In this document: positions 20,617 to 29,891 of the stretch, in pieces | Layout of the letters: every line of letters begins with the position of its first letter | Numbering within the stretch: position 1 is the first letter of the stretch | Source of the DNA: Microcoleaceae cyanobacterium | Lineage (GTDB): Bacteria > Cyanobacteriota > Cyanobacteriia > Cyanobacteriales > Microcoleaceae | Assembly (NCBI GenBank): GCA_051652765.1 | Contig: JBOFUV010000034.1 | Span: 32,001 to 96,000, forward strand | DNA length: 64,000 bases | Reading direction: 5' to 3' | Made by a program: the position numbers and the translations under genes | The notes under the pieces: model-generated | What the model was told of the DNA's origin: nothing | Databases searched by the model: none | Seen by the model: the letters and a program-made list of their open reading frames with translations, nothing else

Positions 20617-21396
20617 ATGTTGCCACGGGAAGAACTGTTGAAAAGTGTTGAAAATCGAGAGCGAATTGCCCAGGTCATTGACCGCGCAGAGCAAGCTTTG
20701 AAAACCTGGGAAACAACTCATACTGATTTTTTATCTCCCCCAGAACTCGCCGAATCTCAAAACATTTTTAGTGCATTGACAGAAGTTCAGCTTGTCGCTT
20801 GGGGAGGGTATAGCCAAGCCGAGCGACAACGACTGGCGATCGCTCGCTCAGAAGTCCCTTTAGACCCTGAGAATGTTGAGCTTGCAGCCTTAGAAATTGC
20901 TGGAAATTTTTTGTTTGACACAGCCAATCACCGCGACTTTTTGGGCGCAATGTTGGGCACTGGAATTGTGCGAGAAAAAACAGGAGATGTTCTGGTTGTA
21001 GGGGAACGGGGAGCCCAAGTCATTGTGGTTCCTGAACTAGCTGAATTTCTCGAAATGAATCTGACTCAAGTTCGCTCCGTTCCAGTAAAGACGAGGCGGG
21101 TTGACTGGAATGAATTGAAAATTCGAGAACCCAAAAAGAAAGAAATGACGACTGTGGAAGCCTCTTTACGACTCGATGCAGTTGCTTCTGCTGGGTTTGG
21201 CATGTCTCGCAGCAAGATGGTCAGTTTTATTGATTCAGGAGATGTGCGAGTCAATTGGAAAGAAATTACCCAGGCTAGCTATTTGATAAAATCTGGAGAT
21301 TTAATCGCGATTCGAGGCAAAGGACGGCTAGAAATTGGGGAAGTTGCTGTTACCAAAAAACAGCGGTATCGTGTTGATTTGATCCGCTATCAATAG
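20617..21396 (+). CDS. YlmH/Sll1252-like S4-domain RNA-binding protein (photosystem II S4 domain protein)
   Basis: MLPREELL, TDFLSPPE, HRDFLGA and S4 motif SLRLDAVASAGFGMSRSK. Confidence 0.92.
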   Translation: MLPREELLKSVENRERIAQVIDRAEQALKTWETTHTDFLSPPELAESQNIFSALTEVQLVAWGGYSQAERQRLAIARSEVPLDPENVELAALEIAGNFLFDTANHRDFLGAMLGTGIVREKTGDVLVVGERGAQVIVVPELAEFLEMNLTQVRSVPVKTRRVDWNELKIREPKKKEMTTVEASLRLDAVASAGFGMSRSKMVSFIDSGDVRVNWKEITQASYLIKSGDLIAIRGKGRLEIGEVAVTKKQRYRVDLIRYQ

Positions 21397-21553
21397 CAGA
21401 AGGCCAACCCTAGAATCCCAATGTTGGCGACTTGATTGATGACGGTATTCCAGACTACGATAATATTCCATCCTGATATCAAGATATGTCAAAAATTCAA
21501 GGCATAAATGCTGAGTTAAAAGCTCGGATGTTGCAGTCAAAACAGGTTTAGGG

Positions 21554-22807
21554 ATGATGACCTCTGCTCACCCTCGTTCTGGCTATACCCTTCCCGTTTT
21601 TGCCTGTGCTGCCGCAGTAGCAGCCCTCCGTCATTTGCAAACAGATGATCAGGCTACTAATCAAGGCTTCAGTACAGTTTCAATTGACCTGGTCAATCCA
21701 TCTGAAATGACTGAAATTCCGATTGAGCAAGTTGCAAGACTGAGATCCGGGGCAGCCTTGGCGATCGCCCGATCTGATCCAGGAGATAACCTGGATTTAA
21801 CCCGCAATACTCCCATTTGGGCCATGGTGGAATGGGTTCATGAGCAGCAAAGTTCACCATCCTCAGAAAATCCACCCGAACAAATCGTTTTGATTGGTGG
21901 GGAAGGAATCGGATACAATCGCGAGACTGAGGCAGCAGCAATTTACAGCTATGCACGGCAATTATTTCATCGAAATTTAGTCCCATTTCTGACTCCTAAA
22001 GATCACATTCAAGTCACGATCATTCTGCCGGAGGGTCGGCACCTGGCTCAGCGAACGTCCAATGAAGCGTTTGGAATTGTTGAGGGCCTATCATTGCTAG
22101 GAACAACCGGGATCTCTCAGCCCTTAAGTGTTCCGGGACAGTTGGAATTGTATCAAGCAGAACTGCAAAAGAAAGCCCAGGAATTCAATTGCCTCGTATT
22201 CTGCCTGGGAGAAAACGGCTTAGATCTCGCTCAGAATTTAGGAATTCCCCCGGAACAAACCCTCAAAACAGCGAACTGGTTAGGGCCAATGTTGGTGGCA
22301 GCAGCATTGGCTGGGGTTCAGTCGATTTTGTTGTTTGGCTATCATGGCAAGTTGATCAAGCTAGCAGGAGGAATCTTTCATACCCATCATCATTTGGCGG
22401 ATGGACGCTTGGAGATTCTGACAGCTCATTGTGCAAATTTAGGACTATCAACAGAACATTTACAAAGCGTTTTTAACTGTAAAACAGCAGAATCAGCCTT
22501 GAATTATTTGCGGACTTTAGATGTTGATCAACCGGTAAAATATTCCCCTCAAATTTCAGAAGCTACTGCAGGAGTTGTACCCAAACTAACAGGAGATGAT
22601 CAACTGAATTGGGGAAGTCGGGTCTACGACGCGATCGCTATAACCATTGACAAGCGGGCAACAGCTTACATTTGGAACAATGCCCAGCGTCAAGTCATCG
22701 TGGGGTCAGTCCTCTTTGACCGAAATCGTCAAATCCTCACTAAAAGTGCAATTGGTGATACACTTCTCGCAAAAATTTGCTATCCTAGTCGAAATAATCT
22801 TTTCTAG
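21554..22807 (+). CDS. cbiD: Cobalt-precorrin-5B C1-methyltransferase
   Basis: RSGYTLPVFA, DPGDNLDLT, GLSLLGTTG and GYHGKLIKLAGGIFHTH. Confidence 0.96.
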   Translation: MMTSAHPRSGYTLPVFACAAAVAALRHLQTDDQATNQGFSTVSIDLVNPSEMTEIPIEQVARLRSGAALAIARSDPGDNLDLTRNTPIWAMVEWVHEQQSSPSSENPPEQIVLIGGEGIGYNRETEAAAIYSYARQLFHRNLVPFLTPKDHIQVTIILPEGRHLAQRTSNEAFGIVEGLSLLGTTGISQPLSVPGQLELYQAELQKKAQEFNCLVFCLGENGLDLAQNLGIPPEQTLKTANWLGPMLVAAALAGVQSILLFGYHGKLIKLAGGIFHTHHHLADGRLEILTAHCANLGLSTEHLQSVFNCKTAESALNYLRTLDVDQPVKYSPQISEATAGVVPKLTGDDQLNWGSRVYDAIAITIDKRATAYIWNNAQRQVIVGSVLFDRNRQILTKSAIGDTLLAKICYPSRNNLF

Positions 22808-23037
22808 CTACGGAGATCGGAGCCACTGGTTGCAGGGCATTGAGTATCTTAACTCAAGAAAAATGACCAGTGGTTAATCTTTAAGAATCTTCCGTCATCT
22901 TATTTGATCTGCATTCTGAGGAATGTCAATATTGCTCTCCCTGCTGGTTAGATTTGATCGCTGGCAATAGAGGGAGCAAGATTTTACCAATTCAGTTGAG
23001 CGGATCGTAGTCTACACGCTAATCTCTAATCTTTAAT

Positions 23038-24657
23038 ATGGCTCCCCAAACTGAAACCTTGAATCAAGCCGAACCTGTTCAATCTCAGATTGGAGAGGTG
23101 AACCGCCAAATGATTGCCATCTTAGATTTTGGTTCTCAATACTCGGAGCTAATTGCCCGCCGAGTCCGTGAGACAGAAGTCTACTCAGAGGTCATTTCCT
23201 ATCGGACGAGTATTGAACAGTTGACTGCACTCAACCCTAAGGGAATTATATTATCAGGCGGCCCGAGTTCTGTCTATGACACGAGGGCACCTCAATGTGA
23301 TTCTGAGATCTGGAGTCTGGGTATTCCTGTCCTAGGCGTTTGCTATGGAATGCAACTGATGGTTCAGCAGCTTGGGGGTCAAGTTGAACGAGCCCAGCGG
23401 GCAGAATATGGGAAAGCTGCTTTACAAATTGATGATTCTACAGACCTCCTGACCAATATTGAAGATGGCTCAACCATGTGGATGAGTCACGCTGATGCTT
23501 GTGTCCAATTGCCCGAAGGATTTGAAGTCTTAGCCCATACTGAGAATACTCCCTGCGCCGCGATCGCCGACCATCAACGGAAGTTTTATGGGGTTCAGTT
23601 TCATCCAGAAGTCGTCCATTCGGTTGGGGGCATGGCCCTGCTCCGCAACTTTGTCTATCATATTTGTCACTGTCAGCCCACCTGGACAACAGCAGCCTTT
23701 GTGGAAGAGGCGATTCGAGAAGTTCGAGCCAAGGTGGGAGACAAGCGAGTCTTGTTGGCCCTTTCTGGTGGCGTTGACTCCTCAACCCTAGCATTCTTGA
23801 TGCATCGAGCGATTGGGGACAACCTTACCTGTATGTTTATTGACCAGGGATTCATGCGAAAGCAAGAACCCGAACGGCTTGTCAAGCTCTTTGAGGAACA
23901 GTTTCATATTCCAGTGAAATATGTCAATGCCCGCGATCGCTTCCTAGCCAGACTAATCGGCGTGAGTGATCCAGAGCAAAAGCGCAAAATTATTGGCCAT
24001 GAGTTCATTCAGGTGTTTGAGGAAGAGTCCAGTCGTCTTGGCCCCTTTGATTACCTGGCCCAAGGAACCCTCTATCCTGATGTGATTGAGTCTGCCGATA
24101 CCAATGTCGATCCCCAAACCGGGGAACGGGTTGCGGTGAAGATTAAGAGCCATCACAATGTTGGGGGATTGCCCAAAGACCTCCGGTTCAAGCTAGTTGA
24201 GCCCCTGCGAAAATTATTTAAAGATGAAGTTCGTAAAGTTGGGCGATCCATTGGCTTGCCAGAGGAAATTGTCCAGCGTCATCCCTTCCCTGGCCCCGGC
24301 TTGGCTATTCGCATCGTTGGAGAGATTACACCTGAGCGGCTCCACATTCTGCGAGAGGCAGACTTTGTCGTTCGCCAAGAAATCAACCGATGGGGCATCT
24401 ATCTCGATCTTTGGCAGGCTTTTGCTGTGCTGCTGCCGGTTCGCAGTGTGGGGGTGATGGGCGACCAACGAACCTATGCTCATCCGATTGTTCTCCGGTT
24501 AGTTTCTAGTGAAGACGGGATGACCGCAGATTGGGCCCGAGTTCCCTATGATCTCCTTGAGGTCATCTCTAATCGCATTGTCAATGAGGTTGAAGGGGTG
24601 AACAGGGTGGTGTACGATATCACCTCCAAGCCCCCCGGAACAATCGAGTGGGAGTAA
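23038..24657 (+). CDS. guaA: GMP synthase (glutamine-hydrolysing)
   Basis: [26 protein letters not shown] and C-terminal KPPGTIEWE. Confidence 0.99.
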   Translation: MAPQTETLNQAEPVQSQIGEVNRQMIAILDFGSQYSELIARRVRETEVYSEVISYRTSIEQLTALNPKGIILSGGPSSVYDTRAPQCDSEIWSLGIPVLGVCYGMQLMVQQLGGQVERAQRAEYGKAALQIDDSTDLLTNIEDGSTMWMSHADACVQLPEGFEVLAHTENTPCAAIADHQRKFYGVQFHPEVVHSVGGMALLRNFVYHICHCQPTWTTAAFVEEAIREVRAKVGDKRVLLALSGGVDSSTLAFLMHRAIGDNLTCMFIDQGFMRKQEPERLVKLFEEQFHIPVKYVNARDRFLARLIGVSDPEQKRKIIGHEFIQVFEEESSRLGPFDYLAQGTLYPDVIESADTNVDPQTGERVAVKIKSHHNVGGLPKDLRFKLVEPLRKLFKDEVRKVGRSIGLPEEIVQRHPFPGPGLAIRIVGEITPERLHILREADFVVRQEINRWGIYLDLWQAFAVLLPVRSVGVMGDQRTYAHPIVLRLVSSEDGMTADWARVPYDLLEVISNRIVNEVEGVNRVVYDITSKPPGTIEWE

Positions 24658-24680
24658 CGCTTTAGATTAAAATCAGTAGC

Positions 24681-24703
24681 AATGCGGGCATCTTGCTCGC
24701 ATT
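24681..24703. repeat. REP-like palindrome / possible terminator after guaA
   Basis: AATGCGGGCA-TCT-TGCTCGCATT. Confidence 0.6.
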
Positions 24704-24760
24704 CTGGTAAGACTTGAACGTTAAGAAAAGCCAGCCAAAAAGTTAAAAAAGCTTTATTCT

Positions 24761-24813
24761 TGTGGAAAACCCTGGGGTAACTTGTGGAAAACTTTAGATC
24801 GAGTTGGGGAAAT
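24761..24813 (-). promoter_or_regulatory. Cluster of DnaA-box-like 9-mers
   Basis: TGTGGAAAA (reverse complement TTTTCCACA) at 24761 and 24783; degenerate TGGGGAAAT at 24805; 22-bp period. Confidence 0.5.
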
Positions 24814-24878
24814 TACTCATTCCAGACCCGAATCGGCTTTGGTTTAATAACTTGGTTTAATCATTTAATTAAATTCAT

Positions 24879-25232
24879 ATGGATTATAAAACCGCACATA
24901 ATCTCATTCTAGAGCAGGGAACTGCTCTAGATACCCTAAGGCATCCAGATGCGTTTCTGTATCGCCTCCAAAAAGGCCAGCCCCCGATTCCGGGGCAAGT
25001 CACTGCTATTTTACTGGCCCTAAAAATTCTGTTTGACACTCTTAAAGAAGAAGCAAAATTTGACAGAGAACTGACGCTTGCACTCTATCAACTTGCCATG
25101 GAAGGCGATCGCCAGTTTATGCTAGGTCGCGATCGCGGAGTTGAATGGCCTCCTCTCCTGCGGGAAGACCTGAATCGAGTTGCCCTAGCCGTTAAAAGCA
25201 TTTTCTCTGGCCACTGGCAAGATGTGAATTAA
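24879..25232 (+). CDS. Conserved cyanobacterial hypothetical protein
   Basis: 117 aa; RLQKGQPPIPGQVTAILLALK and GVEWPPLL; no catalytic motif recognised. Confidence 0.75.
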   Translation: MDYKTAHNLILEQGTALDTLRHPDAFLYRLQKGQPPIPGQVTAILLALKILFDTLKEEAKFDRELTLALYQLAMEGDRQFMLGRDRGVEWPPLLREDLNRVALAVKSIFSGHWQDVN

Positions 25233-25333
25233 CGAGTAGCTCAGTTGATTGAGCAGCGGCTGACAAGCTTTGTGACGACTTCAACCTATTGCGTTAGACC
25301 AGTCCGGTCTAACAAAATTGTTCTACTGCAGTT

Positions 25334-25966
25334 CTACTCACAACTGATCAGAGCTTCAATATCTGCCGAGACGATCTTCTCCAAATTACGGGTAATCTTT
25401 CTGATCTCCCAATTCCACCAAGCGATTTCAAGTAATGATCGAATTACCTCATCATCAAATCGCTGACGAATACACTTGGCTGGGTTGCCTCCAAAAATTG
25501 TATAGGGTGGAACATCGCTCACCAATACTGATTTTGCTGCAATGATTGCTCCATCTCCCACCTTCACCCCTGGCATGATCACTGTTTCATAGCCAATCCA
25601 CACATCGTTCCCGATTACTGTATTGCCTTTGTATGGTAGCTCTTCAGGTCGAGGATCAACTTTTCCCCAGCCGTTACCGAAGATTTGAAACGGATATGTC
25701 GAAAACCCATCTAACTTGTGATTTGCACCGTTCATAATGAATCTTGTGCCTCTCGCCAGAGCGCAAAATTTCCCAATAATTAGCTGATCGCCGATGAAGG
25801 GAAAGTGGTACAGGACATTGCGCTCAAAGTCTTCTGAGTTTTCTGGATCGTCATAGTAGGTGTAATCTCCAATAGTAATATTGGGATTCAAAACAGTGTT
25901 CTGAATGAAGCAGATTTGCGGAAATCCCGCCATCGGATGCTTATCTTTGGGATCGGCTCCGTACAA
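25334..25966 (-). CDS. Vat/CatB-family xenobiotic O-acetyltransferase (hexapeptide repeat)
   Basis: IGDYTYYDD, LIIGKFCALA, MNGANH, STYPF, IGNDVWIG and WWNW motifs; TTG start. Confidence 0.9.
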   Translation of the reverse strand: MYGADPKDKHPMAGFPQICFIQNTVLNPNITIGDYTYYDDPENSEDFERNVLYHFPFIGDQLIIGKFCALARGTRFIMNGANHKLDGFSTYPFQIFGNGWGKVDPRPEELPYKGNTVIGNDVWIGYETVIMPGVKVGDGAIIAAKSVLVSDVPPYTIFGGNPAKCIRQRFDDEVIRSLLEIAWWNWEIRKITRNLEKIVSADIEALISCE

Positions 25967-26082
25967 AATAATCTCCAGCTTCTAGAAATACCTCATTTCT
26001 GCATCCTAGCCAACCATCCCAACCGACTGCCTTAATCTGTAATCTAAGCATTAGAACTCAATCGACCACAAGAACAAGCAAA

Positions 26083-26502
26083 CTATTGGAGATAGAGGCT
26101 GATATCCTCACCGCACTCGTCAGCAAGGTAACACAACGCCCGAAATCGCAGATTCATCAGCTCTTCATACAGAGGATTCAGTTTGCAAAGGGGGGGAATC
26201 CGCAGCAAAACTTGTTGACGGAATTGGATCACCCTTGCAAAGGGGCACTGAGCTGGAACAAGCTGACAAATAAGCCTTGCCGTTTGAGGATTGTTGGTCT
26301 GAATCTGATCGAGCCACTGTCTCAACGGGCGAAGTGGAGTCAGTCGGAACTTGAACTCACGAGAGAAAAATTCTTTCGCAGTTCGGACTGGATTTAGTTT
26401 CAACTCAAGGGGTCGCGCCCAGCTAGCAAGAACAAGATGGGGGATGATATAATATGACATACTCATTTTTAAGACTCCATACTGACATGCAATAGAAGGC
26501 AT
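26083..26502 (-). CDS. Mo-dependent nitrogenase C-terminal domain (Mo-nitro_C) protein, function unknown
   Basis: PAQCPFAR...IPPLCKLNPLYEEL..LRFRALCYLADECGED. The start codon is uncertain. Confidence 0.85.
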   Translation of the reverse strand: MPSIACQYGVLKMSMSYYIIPHLVLASWARPLELKLNPVRTAKEFFSREFKFRLTPLRPLRQWLDQIQTNNPQTARLICQLVPAQCPFARVIQFRQQVLLRIPPLCKLNPLYEELMNLRFRALCYLADECGEDISLYLQ

Positions 26503-26856
26503 CCTAGTCTATTGATAGGCTTTGTCACGTTCTGTTATGCCTGTCAGAACACAAGATGAATGTGTGGGCAGGAATGTTCCAGGTTGGGAGAATAACCTCC
26601 TCTAAAGAATGGGCCGGAGTGTTTCCTCAACTGCAACTACAACTTTCCCCTTGACTATTGTGCCCCATTATTCAAAAAATATTACAAAGATTGAATTACA
26701 AGTATAAATATTACCTATGATCCCCATCAGGTAATCTTATGAATTGAGCCTAAGAATTCAGTTGACTGGTGGATAACTTTCAATTGACCCTTGCCTGACT
26801 TGTGCTGGAATCCCGCTAGAATAAGGGTATCTGAAGTTTATTGCTAAAGGTCGTTC

Positions 26857-28548
26857 ATGCCTGAAAACGCATCTTCTCTAAATTTTGCCGTTGATTCCTC
26901 AGCTAGTCCAGCCCCAACTTTAGTGACTGTAAGTGGCCCATTTAGTTTGTTCAGGGCCATGCCAGAATACAATCGCGCTAATCGCCTGTATGAAGTGGGT
27001 CGATATGATGCTGCATTCTTGCACTATGATCATGCAGTCCAGTTTAAGTCGGATTGGTTCTCGGCTTGGCTACGTCGAGGGAATAGCCTGCGGAAACTCC
27101 AACGCGACAAGGAAGCCCTAGCCTCCTACGATCGAGCCATCAAGCTAAAACCAACGAATTACTGGGGCTGGACGTTCCGAGGGATTGTCCTCTCCAAACT
27201 AGACCGCTACGAAGAGGCGATCGCCTCCTTTGACAAAGCCATTAAGATTCACCCCGAGAACTTTGAAGCCTGGTACGAGCGGGGACTGGCTCTAGAAGCT
27301 TCCCTACAATTTGAGGCAGCAGCGGCCTCCTACAAGCGAGCGATTGAAATTAAACCCGATGCCTCGTCGGCGTGGTATCACCAAGGCAATGCCCTGATGA
27401 ACGAGGAACGTTATTCTGACGCTGTAGAAGCTTATAACCGGGCAGTTCAGCTTCAGCCCACCAATTATGAAGCTTGGTTTAATTTGGGTGAAATGCTGAT
27501 GAATCAGTACCGCTACCCTGAAGCATTGGGAGTGTATGACCGCGCCATTCAGCTTCAACCGAAGAGCTATCAAGCTTGCTTCAATCGAGGCATCGTCCTG
27601 CAAAAATTACATCGCTACTCGGAGGCCGTAGCCTCCTACGATCAGGTGATTCAGCTTCAGCCCCAGGATTATGAAGCCTGGTTTTATAAAGGGATGGCTT
27701 TAAAGCCTCAATGGCCAGATGCAGCCCTAAAAGCGGTTGATCAGGCATTGCAGATCAATCCAGATTCTCCTGCGGTGTGGATCAGCCGGGGGCAGGTTCT
27801 GACGGACTTAAAAGAGTATCACTCGGCGATCGCGGCCTTTGACAAGGCGACTCAACTCAACGCCAACTTTCCAGAAGCTTGGTTTGGGCGAGGAATGGCC
27901 CTGTATGCCCTGGGGCAATACACAGACGCAATTATTGCCTATGACAATGCCCTCCAAACTCAGCCTGATTTTCTGGATGCTTGGATTCATCGCGGCGAAA
28001 CCTTAGAAAAACTAAATCGCTATGTAGAAGCAGTCACCGCTTATGACAAAGTCCTGTTGTTAACTGCGGCCAATCCAACAGCAGCCGCCAAAGTGGGGTT
28101 GCAGCGGGGTCAGGCCCTAGAGAAGTTAGAGCGGTATCAAGAGGCGATCGTAGCCTATCGGCGGGTGGTTCAGGCTCGTCCCGATCACTTTGAGGGTTGG
28201 ATGCAGCTCGGACAGGTTCTAGAAAAGGTGGAGCAGTATGCGAGTGCCTTTGATGCCTATCAACAGGCTCGAAACCTATGGTCAGACAACCTGCAAGTCG
28301 GCTTGAAGTGTGGTCAAATGCTGGAAAAAGCGCAACGATACCCTGAGGCGATCAAACTCTATGACAGTATTATTCAGCAACATCCTGGCTGTTGGGAAGC
28401 ATGGATACAGCGGGGGCAAACTTTCGAGAAGTTGAGTTGTCATCAAGAAGCCCTGAGTTCCTATGGGGTTGCTTTGGAGTTACAGCCCAAGTCTAAGGAG
28501 GTCATTGCCCATCGCAATCGTTTGATGATGAAGTTGGGTAATGTTTAG
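26857..28548 (+). CDS. Tetratricopeptide repeat protein
   Basis: About 15 consecutive 34-aa units (AW..RG..L..L.RY.EA.ASYD.AI...P); no other domain visible. Confidence 0.95.
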   Translation: MPENASSLNFAVDSSASPAPTLVTVSGPFSLFRAMPEYNRANRLYEVGRYDAAFLHYDHAVQFKSDWFSAWLRRGNSLRKLQRDKEALASYDRAIKLKPTNYWGWTFRGIVLSKLDRYEEAIASFDKAIKIHPENFEAWYERGLALEASLQFEAAAASYKRAIEIKPDASSAWYHQGNALMNEERYSDAVEAYNRAVQLQPTNYEAWFNLGEMLMNQYRYPEALGVYDRAIQLQPKSYQACFNRGIVLQKLHRYSEAVASYDQVIQLQPQDYEAWFYKGMALKPQWPDAALKAVDQALQINPDSPAVWISRGQVLTDLKEYHSAIAAFDKATQLNANFPEAWFGRGMALYALGQYTDAIIAYDNALQTQPDFLDAWIHRGETLEKLNRYVEAVTAYDKVLLLTAANPTAAAKVGLQRGQALEKLERYQEAIVAYRRVVQARPDHFEGWMQLGQVLEKVEQYASAFDAYQQARNLWSDNLQVGLKCGQMLEKAQRYPEAIKLYDSIIQQHPGCWEAWIQRGQTFEKLSCHQEALSSYGVALELQPKSKEVIAHRNRLMMKLGNV

Positions 28549-28569
28549 TCCTTGAAGGTTGTTTAGCTC

Positions 28570-29766
28570 CTAAGCGATGAAATCTTCTGTGATCTCGTCG
28601 CCAGCAAGGGCAACTTGTAAGCTGAAGTTAAATCCACTGTCGCACTTAAACCGGGGGAGCTGAATCATATTGTCTTGGCTCCGGGCTTCGATTGTGCTGA
28701 GCGTTTCTGCCATGTCTGATAGGAGGGAAAATCTAACATGCTTCGGTAGATGGCGACCGGTAGAGTTAGGATAAAGCTGCGCTTTAACGCCAACCCGTTC
28801 ATTGGTTTCCTTTGTGAGTTCTAGCACCAGCAAAACCTGGGTTTCCTCCAAGCTAATTGGCTTGACCTGGAGAACCTGTGGAGGATCAGCAAGGGCCGTA
28901 TTTCTGAACGAACTCAATGCAAAGCGTTCTGAACCCTGAGAAAGGCTTGACTGAAAGGCTTCCAGTGATTGCCAACCGGGCTGAACCAGGTTTTCAAACC
29001 ACCGCTGTAGATTGATGGTAGTCAACCCTTGACGCTTGCGATAGAGTCTATCTCTCCACTGGGGCTGTTCGATCAATGCTCCCCAAGTTTGAAAGGGGAT
29101 TTCCAAACGAGGAATGAGCAGTTCGGGATTCCCTAAGCGCTCAATGAGTTGATCTGCCTGAGCCTGAGACAATTGGGGAAGCGGATCGACGGCACAACGG
29201 GTTTGGGCATCCGGACAGAATTGCTGCTCGACCCAGAACACATTCAGGTCTGAGATCAAGTGATCCTGGCTCAAGCTATAGGTGCGATCGCCCGGATCAT
29301 ATTCGCCTCTAGTCTTGAGCTGAAGATGAGTGGTATAGCCCCAAGGCTTGATCCAGCCCTCATCAGGATTGACCTGCACCGCTAGATAATAATCGCCTAG
29401 CCACTCAGGAATATCAACCCACTCTTGGGGAACTCGCAGCTCCTCGGTGTCAATGGTTTCGGTCGGAATCAGAATTAATCTGCGATGTTGTCTCACTTGA
29501 GCGGGATTTTGAACGTCAAACTGAACGGCGATCCCGTTGACAACATCCCAAATTTTGGTAGAAGCATTAGTGTTTAACCAAGCTGTGGCATGAGTTGTAG
29601 GGCCTTCCTGGAGCCAGGGTAATACCGCTTGCAGGCAAAGCTGATTGAGATAGGCATTCCAGCGACTGCCATGGGTTGAACCGGACTGACTCTGTTGCCA
29701 GGATCGAGTCGTAGCGGTTGTAGACAGTTCTAGCCAGCATTCGGGGATATCAACGAGAAAGCTCAT
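28570..29766 (-). CDS. DUF1822-family protein
   Basis: RWNAYLNQLCL, ELRVPQEWVDIPEW.GDYYLAVQV, WGYTTH.QLK, L..WF.....GWQ and a C-terminal beta domain with N.IQL..F. Confidence 0.85.
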   Translation of the reverse strand: MSFLVDIPECWLELSTTATTRSWQQSQSGSTHGSRWNAYLNQLCLQAVLPWLQEGPTTHATAWLNTNASTKIWDVVNGIAVQFDVQNPAQVRQHRRLILIPTETIDTEELRVPQEWVDIPEWLGDYYLAVQVNPDEGWIKPWGYTTHLQLKTRGEYDPGDRTYSLSQDHLISDLNVFWVEQQFCPDAQTRCAVDPLPQLSQAQADQLIERLGNPELLIPRLEIPFQTWGALIEQPQWRDRLYRKRQGLTTINLQRWFENLVQPGWQSLEAFQSSLSQGSERFALSSFRNTALADPPQVLQVKPISLEETQVLLVLELTKETNERVGVKAQLYPNSTGRHLPKHVRFSLLSDMAETLSTIEARSQDNMIQLPRFKCDSGFNFSLQVALAGDEITEDFIA

Positions 29767-29891
29767 AACAAAACTCCTTTTGAGTCAGTAATTCGGATAG
29801 TTAGGCTATCCAATAAGATTGGGGTATTCAGTTGGGTGCATCTCCTTTAGTTACGTTTGAACGGTGAGGAATATGCAGTTGAGGGGAGGGG

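Noticed and set aside
24879..25232. Dethiobiotin synthetase label that I recall being attached to similar small proteins
   Set aside because: Only 117 aa with no P-loop, so it cannot be BioD.
26083..26502. Nitrogen fixation gene
   Set aside because: The Mo-nitro_C domain name does not imply nitrogenase function, and no nif genes are present.
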